DNA of 64,000 nucleotides from an uncultured Holophagales bacterium (GTDB taxonomy: Bacteria > Acidobacteriota > Thermoanaerobaculia > Multivoradales > UBA5704), in NCBI GenBank assembly GCA_963842525.1, contig CAWJGT010000004.1:128001-192000 (forward strand). Reading direction: 5' to 3'. A program made the position numbers and the translations under genes. A model generated the notes under the pieces. The model was not told the DNA's origin, made no database searches, and was given only the letters and a program-made list of their open reading frames with translations. Positions 1 through 9,830 of this stretch are shown here, piece by piece (positions within the stretch are counted from its first letter, which is position 1; each line of letters begins with the position of its first letter).

Positions 1-106
1 AGTCGCCTCGCTCGACCGCCGTACGCGCTTCCGGGAGACGCGCGAGCGGCGGGACCATGTAATGCAACGCCGGGTCGCAGGGACCGGCGGTGTTGAAGCG
101 GCGCAT
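1..106 (-). CDS. AAA-like ATPase, N-terminus only (runs off the window edge)
   Basis: Manual translation MRRFNTAGPCDPALHYMVPPLARLPEARTAVERG matches the FNTAGP...HYM start typical of AAA_35-type P-loop proteins. Confidence 0.65.
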   Translation of the reverse strand, partial: MRRFNTAGPCDPALHYMVPPLARLPEARTAVERGD

Positions 107-136
107 GGCGAGAGCATAGCGTGGTCCGGCACCCTC

Positions 137-1013
137 TCACCCCTGCGGCCGGTAGACCGAGCCCTCGGGCGGCTTCGGCCGGGCCGGCGGCTTCGCGGGG
201 TGGGGGAGGATCTGGCGCAGGTAGGGCTCGATGCCGCGGTTGGGGTCGTAGTTCTGCGGATAGCCGAGCGAGACCTCTTCGAAACGCACGCCGTCCCGCC
301 AGTGGGTGCCGCGGATGTGGAGATGGCCGTAGATGACCACCTCGGCATGGAAGCGGATGTGCCAGTCCTCCGTGCGCCGGGTGCCGCACCAGATCGAAAA
401 GCGCGGGATGCGCGGCAGCACGGCCAGATCCTGCCGCAAGGGGAAGTGGTTGATCAGCACCATCGGCCCCCGCGTGGCAGCCTCCGCGAGGCGCCGCTCG
501 GTCAGGTCGCAGCGGGCCGCGCACCAGGCCTCCTTGGTGGGGTATGGATCGGAGTGGAGGAGGACCTCGTCGGAGCAGAGGAGGTTGTCCTCCGCCGCCC
601 ATTCGATCGCCCGCTCGGGCGGCACGTCGTCCGGCCGGAAGGTGTAGTCGTAGAGAAGGAAGAGCGGCGCCAGGGTGCAGTGCGGCCCCTCGCCCGGCCA
701 GACGACGTAGGGGTCCTCGGGAGTCAGCACGCCGTACTCGCGGCAGATCGCCACCTGCCGCAGATACTTCGCCTCCCCGCGCAGATCGCCAGGCCGCGAC
801 GGGATCGTCCACAGGTCGTGGTTGCCCGGCACCCAGAGAAGGCGGCCGAAACGCCGGGCGAGGATCGACAGGGCATAGCGCAGGTGCTCCTCGGTCTCGC
901 CGACGTCGCCCGCCAGGATCAGCCAGTCGTACGGGTGCGGCCGGAGGCTCTTCCAGAGCCTTGCGCGTCACCTCGTACCGAAGGTGGAAGTCTGCGATCG
1001 CGTAGAGCTTCAT
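137..1013 (-). CDS. Calcineurin-like metallophosphoesterase (1-bp frameshift near 945)
   Basis: MKLYAIADFH start at 1013, then after a frame change GDVG, PGNHD, HFP and YGHLH motifs. Confidence 0.85.
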
Positions 1014-1025
1014 GAAGGAGGGACG

Positions 1026-1775
1026 TCAGTTCTCGAGCAGCGACTGGACCTCGGGGGAGAAGGTGTCGCGCTCCTGGGCGTCCGCCTCGGCGCTCTCGCC
1101 CGGGAAGACCAGCGCCTGCCGCACCTGTCCCTCCTCGTTCACGCTCACCTCGACCATCGGGTGCCGCACCGGCTCCATCGAATAGTCGGGGTGGTAGATG
1201 GCGCCGCCGCCCGATGGGAGTCCGAAGCCGCGGATGTGCTCCCCGGCCCGCGGCACGATGCTGCTCAGCCGCGTCCACTGCGGCTCCTCGTGGGCGTCGA
1301 TCACGAACGGCACCACGCGGAAGGTGTCGAACAGGGTGCCGTCGTCGTCCCATCCCTTGAGGCCGAGCTGCACCGCGCCGGCCGAAACCCCCACCAGCAC
1401 CGCTCCGGCGTAGTAGCGCTCGACGAGCTTCTCCTTGAGCCCGTTCTTCTCGAAGGCCTGCCAGCCGCGGCGGACCTCGCCCCCGGCGAGCAGGATCAGA
1501 TCGGCCTCCGCCAGGAAGGCGCGGTCCTCCGATTCGAGGTGCGCAGGGATCTGCCGGGTCGTCTTGATGCCGGCCTCGTGCATGGCGGCGACGAACAGCT
1601 CGTAGAACTCGGGGGCGTCGTCGTTCGAGGCGCCGATATAGGCCGCCCGGATCTCCTCGGTGGACCCCTCGTCCTCGATCAGCTTGCGGACGCGTTCCAG
1701 GAAGGGGCTTCCTTCCTCGCGGAAGAACAGGAGCTGGCTGTCCGCCAGCAGGAAGATTGGTTTGATCGTTGACAT
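1026..1775 (-). CDS. Peptidase S51 / cyanophycinase-like class I glutamine amidotransferase-fold protein
   Basis: LAGG, GVSAGA nucleophile elbow and IDAH motifs. Confidence 0.8.
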   Translation of the reverse strand: MSTIKPIFLLADSQLLFFREEGSPFLERVRKLIEDEGSTEEIRAAYIGASNDDAPEFYELFVAAMHEAGIKTTRQIPAHLESEDRAFLAEADLILLAGGEVRRGWQAFEKNGLKEKLVERYYAGAVLVGVSAGAVQLGLKGWDDDGTLFDTFRVVPFVIDAHEEPQWTRLSSIVPRAGEHIRGFGLPSGGGAIYHPDYSMEPVRHPMVEVSVNEEGQVRQALVFPGESAEADAQERDTFSPEVQSLLEN

Positions 1776-1845
1776 GGTCAGGTCGTCTCCACGGGGCTTC
1801 CGCCCAAGCGCCCCATTCTATAGGCAAGACTGCGGCGTTCCGGAG

Positions 1846-1990
1846 CCCTCACCCCCTGGCCCCCTCTCCCGTGCGTCCCCCGACCGTCCTCCCCGAACGG
1901 GAGAGGGGGAAGGATACATGGGCGGGGGTGCCCCTCTCCCGCTCGGGGTGGGGGAGAGGGGGCCGCGCGGGGGAGGGGTCAGGGGAGGGG
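1846..1990. repeat. REP-like palindromic element (CCCTCACCCC...CCCCTCTCCC/GGGAGAGGGG family), paired copy
   Basis: Two CCCCTCTCCC...GGGAGAGGGG stems; same motif at 6621, 27579, 38881 and 39068. Confidence 0.8.
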
Positions 1991-3382
1991 CTATTCGGCA
2001 TACCCCAGCGACCGCAGCTTCTCGATGCTCTCCGCGTCCAGCTCGACCCGGGCGAGGCGGTCGGAGGCGGCCAGCCCCTTGCGCAGCGAGGCGAGCCAGC
2101 CCTGGAGCGGCCCGGACGGGGTGGCCGGCCCCGCCCCCGCCAAGAGATTGCGCAGCTCGCGCGGGTCGGCAGCCAGGTCGAAGAGCCAGCGTCTCCCCTC
2201 CTGGAGACGGAAGATCTCCTTGCGGTTGCCCGGGCTGGTCAACACGGCGACCTCGAGCAGGCCCTTGCGGCGGGCGCTCTCGGCCTCCTTCGCCGACAGC
2301 ACCGCGCCCTTGTGGGCCTGGAACCAGGCGATGCGCTCGCGCGGGGCCTGCTGCGTCCCCCGCAGCACGGGCGACCAGTCGAAGCCGCGGAACGGGGCAG
2401 GGACCGGCAGGCCCGCGAGGCCCAGCACCGTGGGCGCCACGTCGATGTTGAGCGCCGAGGCCGAGATCACCGCGGGCCGGATGCGGCCGGGCCAGACCAC
2501 CGCCATCGGGATGTGCAGGGTCGGCTCGTAGAGGTTGCGGCCGTGCCCCCAGTAGGAGTGCTCGCCCAGGCTCTCGCCGTGGTCCGCCGCGAAGACGGTC
2601 AGCGTATTGGCCGCCAGCCAGGGGTCACGCTCGACGGCGTCGAGGAGGCGTCCCAGGTGGTGGTCGGCGAAGGCGATCTCGGTGTCGTAGCGGTCGCTCC
2701 GCGACACCTCACCCTCGGTGGCGATGCCGAGCCTCTTGGCGAACTGCTCCTGCAGCCGGTAGGGCGCGTGCGGCTCGACGTAGTGGACCCAGAGCAGGAA
2801 CGGCCGCCGGCTGTCCTCCTGCTCCGCGAGCCAGGAGAGCGCGGAGTCGGTCAGGTCCTCGGCCGTCGCCTCCCCCTTGAAGAGGCCGAACCACCGCTTG
2901 CGGCTGAATACCTCGTCATATTTCTGGAAATGGTCGCCGAGCCCGGAGATGCCGTTGCGCAGGGTCCAATTGCCCACGAAGGCGGCGGTCCGGTAGCCGC
3001 GCCGGTCGAGCACGCGGGCCATCGACGAGGCGTCCGGCCGCAGCCGTAGCCCGTTGCGGGTGGCGCCGTGCTCGTGCGGATGGAGCGAGGTGAACATCGA
3101 GCAGAGCGCCGGATTGGTCAGCGGCTCGACCGTGCGCGCCTGCGTGAAGCGGACCCCCTGGGCGAGCAGGCGGTCCAGGTTCGGCGTGGTCTGCCGGGAG
3201 TAGCCGTAGGCCGAGATCCGGTCGACCCGGAGCGTGTCGATCGTGACGACCAGGACGCTGGGGAACCGCTGCGGCGCGCGTTGCACCTGACGTTCGGCGC
3301 CGAGCTGCGAGGTGCCGGCCAGGGCCAGCAGGACCAGCCCGCAGAGGCCGAAGGTCCAGAACCTGCGAGAGGCATGCGTCAC
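1991..3382 (-). CDS. Secreted sulfatase-like / alkaline phosphatase superfamily hydrolase
   Basis: Signal peptide, TIDTLR, WVHYVEPH, ADHGE, WGHG, LFDLAADPRE and a C-terminal LRSLGY. Confidence 0.88.
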   Translation of the reverse strand: MTHASRRFWTFGLCGLVLLALAGTSQLGAERQVQRAPQRFPSVLVVTIDTLRVDRISAYGYSRQTTPNLDRLLAQGVRFTQARTVEPLTNPALCSMFTSLHPHEHGATRNGLRLRPDASSMARVLDRRGYRTAAFVGNWTLRNGISGLGDHFQKYDEVFSRKRWFGLFKGEATAEDLTDSALSWLAEQEDSRRPFLLWVHYVEPHAPYRLQEQFAKRLGIATEGEVSRSDRYDTEIAFADHHLGRLLDAVERDPWLAANTLTVFAADHGESLGEHSYWGHGRNLYEPTLHIPMAVVWPGRIRPAVISASALNIDVAPTVLGLAGLPVPAPFRGFDWSPVLRGTQQAPRERIAWFQAHKGAVLSAKEAESARRKGLLEVAVLTSPGNRKEIFRLQEGRRWLFDLAADPRELRNLLAGAGPATPSGPLQGWLASLRKGLAASDRLARVELDAESIEKLRSLGYAE

Positions 3383-3411
3383 CGCGAAATCCTCCTGGTA
3401 AGCTCTGGATC

Positions 3412-4311
3412 ATGGACGAGCGGCCGCCGAAAGAGGAGATCCGCCCCGAGAAGAGCCCCGGACCAGCGCCGCAGGTCGAGAAGGAGGCGGCCGCGCAGGC
3501 CGGCGAGCCGCCGCGCTGGGGCAAGGGGACGGAGTTCGCGGACGACGGCCGGTTCCTGGAAGGGCCGCAGACCCGTACCTCCGAGGTCGCCCGGCTCTTC
3601 CGGGTCGGCGCCGACTTCATCCGTGGCTTCCGCGCTCTCCATTTCGTCGGCCCCTGCGTGACGGTCTTCGGCTCCGCCCGCTTCCCCGAGACCCACCGCT
3701 ACTATGCCATGGCCCGGGAGGTGGGGCAGCGCCTCGGCCGCGCCGGATTCACCGTCATGACCGGCGGCGGGCCGGGCATCATGGAGGCCGCCAACCGCGG
3801 CGCGCGCGACGTCGGCGCGAAGTCGCTCGGCCTCAATATCATCCTGCCCCATGAGCAGAAGCCCAACCCCTACGTCGACCGCTGGGTGGAGTTCCGCTAC
3901 TTCTTCGTCCGCAAGGTGATGCTGGTCAAATATTCCTACGCCTTCGTGGTGCTGCCCGGAGGCTTCGGCACCATGGACGAGATCTTCGAGTGCGCCACCC
4001 TGATCCAGACCGGGAAGATCCGCAACTTCCCGCTGGTCCTGATGGGCACGGACTACTGGCAGCCGCTGCGTGAGTTCATCTGTCAACGGATGGTCTCCGA
4101 AAAGACGATCCTGCCCGCAGACTGTGACCGGCTCCAGCTCACCGACTCCGTGGACGAGGCCATGGACCTTATCTTGAGCACCGTGACCCGGGAGTTTGGA
4201 CTGATCTGGGAGCCGTCGCCCCGCTGGTACCTCGGCGAGGGTCATCTGCAAAAAGCAACTGCAAAAACCGAGCCCGCACCCGAGACCGAGAAGGTCACCC
4301 CCAAATTGTAG
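3412..4311 (+). CDS. LOG family (TIGR00730) nucleotide phosphoribohydrolase
   Basis: VFGSAR, TGGGPGIMEAAN and PGGFGTMDE motifs. Confidence 0.92.
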   Translation: MDERPPKEEIRPEKSPGPAPQVEKEAAAQAGEPPRWGKGTEFADDGRFLEGPQTRTSEVARLFRVGADFIRGFRALHFVGPCVTVFGSARFPETHRYYAMAREVGQRLGRAGFTVMTGGGPGIMEAANRGARDVGAKSLGLNIILPHEQKPNPYVDRWVEFRYFFVRKVMLVKYSYAFVVLPGGFGTMDEIFECATLIQTGKIRNFPLVLMGTDYWQPLREFICQRMVSEKTILPADCDRLQLTDSVDEAMDLILSTVTREFGLIWEPSPRWYLGEGHLQKATAKTEPAPETEKVTPKL

Positions 4312-4499
4312 CGGACCGCGCTCCATCTCACTCCCTGAGCGGCGCCGTCCCGTTTTGTCAGCCCTTCCGCACTGTACAAATGGCCTTCGTGTGCTCACCG
4401 GAAGGCGTATCCATACTTTCTGAAATGGCCGTGCCCGAAATCGTTCGGGCAGGTCTGTGTCGAGGCTCAATTCGTCCGTTTTGCGCAGGAGGAAAACCC

Positions 4500-4913
4500 A
4501 TGAGTCAGGAGAAGACGAAGGCCGTGGGCGTACGAATCTTCGTCGCCCTGGTCGCAATGGCCCTGCTCTGTTCTGGAGCCGCTCTGGCCCAGACACAGCA
4601 CGGCATGGCCGGCGCCCAGGTGCAAGGTGTCCAGATCGCGATCGATCCGGTGACCGGCAAGCTCCGGCCGCCCACCCCCGCCGAGGCCAAGGCCCTGGCG
4701 GATGCATTCCGTTCCGTGGTCGGCCGCTCGATGGCGAGCTCGACCGAGGTGACGCAGTCGGCCGACGGCACCCTGATCGCCACTGCTGGTCCTGAGTTCC
4801 TGAACATCTGGATGGCATCGCTGGCAGCCAATGGCTCCCTGAACGCAGTCTGTACCGAGGGCCAGGAAGCTCCGAGCCTCCTGCTGTCGAGCGACGTCTG
4901 GGAGGAGAGGTGA
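4500..4913 (+). CDS. Small secreted protein (post-PEP-CTERM-1-like IDPVTGKLRPPT motif)
   Basis: AGGAGG RBS before ATG 4500, signal peptide, IAIDPVTGKLRPPTPAE; ends 4 bp before the peptidase gene. Confidence 0.7.
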   Translation: MSQEKTKAVGVRIFVALVAMALLCSGAALAQTQHGMAGAQVQGVQIAIDPVTGKLRPPTPAEAKALADAFRSVVGRSMASSTEVTQSADGTLIATAGPEFLNIWMASLAANGSLNAVCTEGQEAPSLLLSSDVWEER

Positions 4914-4917
4914 GGTC

Positions 4918-6618
4918 ATGATCAAGCTCATCCGGCCTCTCTTCGCCGTCCTCTCCCTCGCCGCGCTGCTGGCGGCCCCCGCAGCCCCTGCGTTCGGCTC
5001 CGCGACCATCGTCATCGTCAACCTTGACGGACCCAATGAAGGCTTCAACGACCCGACCCCGAAAGCGCCGGTCGGCGGCAACACGGGAACCACGGTCGGT
5101 CAGCAGCGGCTGATCGCCTTCCAGCATGCGGCCAACATCTGGGGCTCGATCCTCGACAGCCCGGTGCCGATCCGGATCCAGGCCGTCTTCGATCCGCTGA
5201 ACTGCACGCCGACCGCGGCCACGCTGGGCGCCGCCGCGGCGCTCCAGTGGGCCGCCAATTCCCCCGGCGTGGAGGTTCCGAACACCTGGTATCCCATGGC
5301 CCTGGCCAACAAGCTGGCCGGCGCCGACCTCTCACCGGCCGCGGACGACCTCATCTCCCTCTTCAACAGCAACCTGAACGGCAATCCGGCCTGCATCGGC
5401 GGACGCGGCTGGTACTACGGCCTGGATGCCAACCACGGGACGGACATCGACTTGATCGCCGTGCTGCTGCACGAGTTCGGCCATGGTCTGGGCTTTGCCA
5501 ATTTCGTCAACGAAGGGACCGGCGCCTCGTCGCTCGGGTTGCGGGACATCTTCTCCTTCTACACCCTCGACACGCGGACCGGGAAGTACTGGCCGCAGAT
5601 GACCAATGCGGAAATCGTGGCCTCGTCGATCAATCACAACCGGGTGGTGTGGGACGGCCTGCACGTGACCGACGGGGTGCCGAGCACCTGGGCCCTGGGC
5701 ACGCCGCTGGTCACCGTCAACGCGCCGGTCAACCCCTCCAACCTCGGGACGTTCCGCATCGGCATCGCCGCCTTCGGCCCGGCGATCACCTCGCCCGGCA
5801 TCACGTCCAACGTGGTGCAGGCGCTCGATCCCGCGGAGGGGGCCGGCTTCACCACCTTCGACGGCTGCTCGCCGCTGACCAATGCGGCGGCCGTGGCCGG
5901 CAAGATCGCCGTGGTCGATCGCGGGGGCTGCGCCTTCACCGCCAAGGTCAAGACCGCCCAGGACGCCGGCGCGGTCGCCGTGATCGTGGCCAACAACCTC
6001 ATCAACGCTCCGACGGGCAACATGGCCGGCGTCGATCCGACGATCACCGTCCCGTCGGTCCTCATCTCGCAGGTGGACGCCAACTTTCTCAAGGCGGCTC
6101 TCGCGAGCGGCACGGTCAACGCCACGGTCGGCATCAACCCGAACGTGCGCCTCGGCGCCAACCCGGCCGACCGGGCCCTGCTCTTTGCCCCGAACCCGCT
6201 GCAGCAGGGCTCGTCGATGTCCCACTTCGACACGATCGCCTTCCCGAACGCGCTGATGGAGCCGGCGATCAACGCCGACCTCACGCACGGGCTCGACCTG
6301 ACGCTGAACGAGATGGTCGACATCGGCTGGTTCTCCGACCAGGACGGCGTGCCGGACGGCATGGACTCGTGCATCGGGTCCGACCAGAGCGCCACGGTGG
6401 TGATCGACGGCTGCGACTCGGGCGTGGCGAACACCGTGTTCGCCGACGGCTGCCGCATCTCTGACGCGATCGAGGACTGCGCCGACGGCGCCACCAACCA
6501 CGGCAAGTTCGTGAGCTGCGTCTCGCACTACACGAACGGCCTGAAGAAGCAGGGGATCATCACCGGCGCGCAGAAGGGCGCGATCCAGAGCTGCGCCGGC
6601 CAAGCCGATATTCCATAA
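4918..6618 (+). CDS. Secreted PA-domain zinc metallopeptidase
   Basis: Signal peptide, HEFGHGLG, PA domain (DRGGCAFTAKVKTAQDAGA), SHFD...LMEP, Cys-rich C-terminus. Confidence 0.85.
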   Translation: MIKLIRPLFAVLSLAALLAAPAAPAFGSATIVIVNLDGPNEGFNDPTPKAPVGGNTGTTVGQQRLIAFQHAANIWGSILDSPVPIRIQAVFDPLNCTPTAATLGAAAALQWAANSPGVEVPNTWYPMALANKLAGADLSPAADDLISLFNSNLNGNPACIGGRGWYYGLDANHGTDIDLIAVLLHEFGHGLGFANFVNEGTGASSLGLRDIFSFYTLDTRTGKYWPQMTNAEIVASSINHNRVVWDGLHVTDGVPSTWALGTPLVTVNAPVNPSNLGTFRIGIAAFGPAITSPGITSNVVQALDPAEGAGFTTFDGCSPLTNAAAVAGKIAVVDRGGCAFTAKVKTAQDAGAVAVIVANNLINAPTGNMAGVDPTITVPSVLISQVDANFLKAALASGTVNATVGINPNVRLGANPADRALLFAPNPLQQGSSMSHFDTIAFPNALMEPAINADLTHGLDLTLNEMVDIGWFSDQDGVPDGMDSCIGSDQSATVVIDGCDSGVANTVFADGCRISDAIEDCADGATNHGKFVSCVSHYTNGLKKQGIITGAQKGAIQSCAGQADIP

Positions 6619-6620
6619 AG

Positions 6621-6665
6621 CCCTCACCCCCTGGCCCCCTCTCCCGCAAGAGCGGGAGAGGGGGA
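6621..6665. repeat. REP-like hairpin, probably also a terminator
   Basis: CCCTCACCCCCTGGCCCCCTCTCCCGC-AAGA-GCGGGAGAGGGGG directly after the stop codon. Confidence 0.75.
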
Positions 6666-6698
6666 ACGGCTTCCGCTGGCGGTGCTAGGCTCGCCGCC

Positions 6699-7817
6699 AT
6701 GAAATTCGAGACCCTGGCCGTCCATGCCGGGCATGCCCTCGATCCCACGACCGGATCGGTGGCCCCGCCCCTCTACCTCTCCACCACGTTCGCCCGCGAC
6801 CCGGACGGGGTGCCGCTCGGCGGGCACACCTACATCCGCGAGTCCAACCCCAACCAGGCGCAGCTCGAAGAGGCGCTGGCTCCTCTCGAAGGGGGCGAGG
6901 CCGCGCTGGTTTTCGCCTCGGGCATGGCCGCCGGCGTCGCCCTGCTGCAGACGCTCGCGCCGGGCTCCCACATCCTCCTGCCCGACGACGCCTACTACGG
7001 CTACCGGGCTGCGGCGCTGGATTTCCTCCCGCACTGGGGGGTCCGCACGGACTTCGTGGACATGGCGGACCTGGACGCCCTGGCCGCGGCGCTCCGGCCG
7101 GAGACCCGCCTGGTCTGGATCGAAACTCCTTCGAACCCTCTCCTCAAGGTGGTGGATATCGCGGCGGCTGCCCGGCTCGCCCGCGAGGCCAGTGCGCTCT
7201 CGGTCCTCGACAACACCTTCGCCACGCCGGCCCTGCAGCGCCCGCTGGAGCTCGGCGTCGACGTCGTGCTGCACTCCACGACCAAGTACTTCGGCGGCCA
7301 TAGCGACGTGCAGGGGGGAGCCCTGGTCTTCGCCCGGCGCGGGACCCTCGTCGAAAGGGTGGACCACGTGCTGCACATCCTCGGTGCGGTGGCCTCGCCG
7401 TTCAACTGCTGGCTCGTGCTGCGGGGCCTGCGCACGCTGGCCTGCCGGATGGCGGTCCAGAGCGCGGGCGCGCTCGCCGTGGCCCAGGCGCTCGCCGCCA
7501 ACCCCGCGGTCGTCCGGGTCCACTATCCGGGGCTCGCGTCCCACCCGGGGCACGAGATCGCACGGCGCCAGATGTCGGGCTACGGCGGGATGATCTCGCT
7601 GCAGACCGCGGGCGGGCGCGAGGCCGCGTTGCGGGCCGTCTCCCGTGTCCGCCTTTTCACCCGGGCCACCTCCCTCGGCGGCGTCGAGAGCCTGATCGAG
7701 CACCGCGCCACGAGCGAAGGACCGCAGTCGCGGACGCCGCAGGACCTCCTGCGCCTCTCCATCGGCTTGGAGCATCCGGACGACCTGATCGCTGATTTGG
7801 AACATGCCCTTGCATGA
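6699..7817 (+). CDS. PLP-dependent trans-sulfuration enzyme (cystathionine gamma-synthase/lyase family)
   Basis: [32 protein letters not shown] and SLGGVESL motifs. Confidence 0.92.
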   Translation: MKFETLAVHAGHALDPTTGSVAPPLYLSTTFARDPDGVPLGGHTYIRESNPNQAQLEEALAPLEGGEAALVFASGMAAGVALLQTLAPGSHILLPDDAYYGYRAAALDFLPHWGVRTDFVDMADLDALAAALRPETRLVWIETPSNPLLKVVDIAAAARLAREASALSVLDNTFATPALQRPLELGVDVVLHSTTKYFGGHSDVQGGALVFARRGTLVERVDHVLHILGAVASPFNCWLVLRGLRTLACRMAVQSAGALAVAQALAANPAVVRVHYPGLASHPGHEIARRQMSGYGGMISLQTAGGREAALRAVSRVRLFTRATSLGGVESLIEHRATSEGPQSRTPQDLLRLSIGLEHPDDLIADLEHALA

Positions 7818-7885
7818 TTCTTGCTGTGAGAAGAGGCGGACGTACAGAATGTTGTAGATCCGACATCTAGAGAAAGGAGAGGTGC

Positions 7886-8194
7886 ATGGCAGCGGCAAAA
7901 AAGAGTGCCAGCAAGGCAGCCAAGAAGCCCGCTTCGAAGACGGCTGCGAAGCCTGCCACGAAGCCAGCGTCCAAGGCGGGTGGGAAAAAAGCGGGTGCCA
8001 GCAAGAAGGGAAAGATCGCGCTGGCTACGGCCGGCGTCGTCGCCGCGGCGGCGGCGGCCGGCGTTGCAGCGGTCGCTGTGAAGAAGGCGCGTAAGAAGAG
8101 CGCCGCTGCAGCGAAGAAGGCGGCGGGTCCGGAGACCGGCGGCTCGGGCAGTCCGGCCGGCGGCGGGAAGAAGAGCACTGCCAAAAAGGCCTGA
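7886..8194 (+). CDS. Lys/Ala-rich histone H1-like small protein with a central hydrophobic segment
   Basis: AAAGGAG RBS; KKPASK-type repeats flanking IALATAGVVAAAAAAGVAAVAV. Confidence 0.65.
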   Translation: MAAAKKSASKAAKKPASKTAAKPATKPASKAGGKKAGASKKGKIALATAGVVAAAAAAGVAAVAVKKARKKSAAAAKKAAGPETGGSGSPAGGGKKSTAKKA

Positions 8195-8248
8195 GCGGGG
8201 GCGCAGCGGGCCGGGAGAGCCGGCCCGCGATCGCCTGCAACCCGCGAG

Positions 8249-9733
8249 CTATGGATTGATGATCGGCTGGACGAGCGAGTAGTAGAACGCGAACGCGCCA
8301 TCCACGGTCGCGTTGGCCTCCCCCGGTCCGCCGGCGCACACATCATTGACGTTGAATCCGCAGGCGCCGCTGAGCTGGCCGACGACCTGCGACGAGGCGT
8401 TCAGGACCGGCGAGCCGCTGCTGCCGCCATCGGTCGCACCGGTGATGTCGCGGCTGTAGATGCTCTGCCCGCGCGGCCAGCCGGAGCACGTCCCGACAGC
8501 CGTGTCCACGTTGTGCTGCGAGTAGACCTGCGGCCCGAAGTTCGGGTTGCTGATCCGGTACAGTTGCGCGCCGTTGGTATTGGCCACGGGCGCGCTGGTC
8601 CAGCCCAGGAAGACCGAGCCGGCCGGCGGGTTCGAATTCAGGCGGAGAAGAGTGAAGTCCCCCTTCCTGCCGGTCTTCGAGACCGTGGACCCCGTGGTCA
8701 CGAACGGCCAGCCGCCGTTGCTGGGGCAGGTTCCGTTGCAGGACGGCGTGGCGAACCGCCAATAGAAGCTGGTGTTCTGAGCCGCGCTGTTCTTGCTGAG
8801 ACAGTGGTTGGCGGTGAGGAAGAAGTTGTTCTGTGCCGGGTTGTTGTCGACGATGAGCCCGCCGGTGCAGGTGAAGATGAAGGCACCTTGCACCCACTCC
8901 ATCTTCGCGACAGCGAGCTTGGCGGGATTCGCGGCGGCCACGTTGCTGCACGTCGCGTCGACGATACAGCTCGCATTGCCGCAGACCGCGTCCGCCACCC
9001 CGTTGACCGGTTCGAGCGACAGATCCTCATACGTCAGCCGCAGGTTGTCGGCGAACTGCCTGGTGATGAGGCCGGCTTCGCCGATCCGGAGCGACACGGC
9101 GCGCAGATCGCTGCCGCGCACCGGCCCCGAGACCCGGACCTGGACGATCGCTTCGGCGCCGAAGACCGCCGTGGTCCAGAAATCTCCCGTGCCGTTGGGG
9201 CCGAAGCCGGTGTACGGCCCGTAGGCCTGGCCGCCGCGGCTGTAGACGTAGAGCTCGGCAGTGCGGGGAAGCGCCATGTCCTGGATATGCAGGCGGATCG
9301 CTCCGGCACCGGGCGCCCTCACCACGGCCGCCCATACCAGCCCGCCGTCCGCCGTCCGCCGGGCCACGCCGGCCAAATCCTGGCGCCGCTGCAAGCCGGC
9401 GACCGTCACTCCCGGCGTCATGGCCTTGACGAGGCCGATCTTGAGCGGAGTCTCCCAGCGCGGAGTCTGGTCGATACGGGTGATCTCCTCGCTCGTGAGC
9501 TCGATTCCGAGGGCCTTCTCCAGGGCGGCCGGCGGCAGCTCACGGCCCAACTGCCGGCTCAGCTCGACCTGCCGCAGAAGGTGCTCCTCGGCCGTCAGCC
9601 CCTCCGTCGCGACCTGCATCTGCGCTTCGGCGTAGCGGCTGGCCGCAGCGGCGGGCGAAGCCCAGACAAGGGCAACGATCGCCAATGCAAGCCAGGGAAC
9701 CAGGCCTCTCCGAACTATGGACGTGTTCGTCAT
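8249..9733 (-). CDS. Secreted trypsin-like (lysyl endopeptidase-type) serine protease with a long propeptide
   Basis: CTGGLI, LTANHC, GDFTLL and GGSSGSP catalytic-triad motifs. Confidence 0.88.
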   Translation of the reverse strand: MTNTSIVRRGLVPWLALAIVALVWASPAAAASRYAEAQMQVATEGLTAEEHLLRQVELSRQLGRELPPAALEKALGIELTSEEITRIDQTPRWETPLKIGLVKAMTPGVTVAGLQRRQDLAGVARRTADGGLVWAAVVRAPGAGAIRLHIQDMALPRTAELYVYSRGGQAYGPYTGFGPNGTGDFWTTAVFGAEAIVQVRVSGPVRGSDLRAVSLRIGEAGLITRQFADNLRLTYEDLSLEPVNGVADAVCGNASCIVDATCSNVAAANPAKLAVAKMEWVQGAFIFTCTGGLIVDNNPAQNNFFLTANHCLSKNSAAQNTSFYWRFATPSCNGTCPSNGGWPFVTTGSTVSKTGRKGDFTLLRLNSNPPAGSVFLGWTSAPVANTNGAQLYRISNPNFGPQVYSQHNVDTAVGTCSGWPRGQSIYSRDITGATDGGSSGSPVLNASSQVVGQLSGACGFNVNDVCAGGPGEANATVDGAFAFYYSLVQPIINP

Positions 9734-9830
9734 CTCACGCTCCTTTTGAGTCGGGCCTGACGGCTGCGGAGCCGCAGCAGTCTCTGCCTCCGTAATACAA
9801 GGTGTCGAGAACGGTGAGGAAGGCGCCCGC

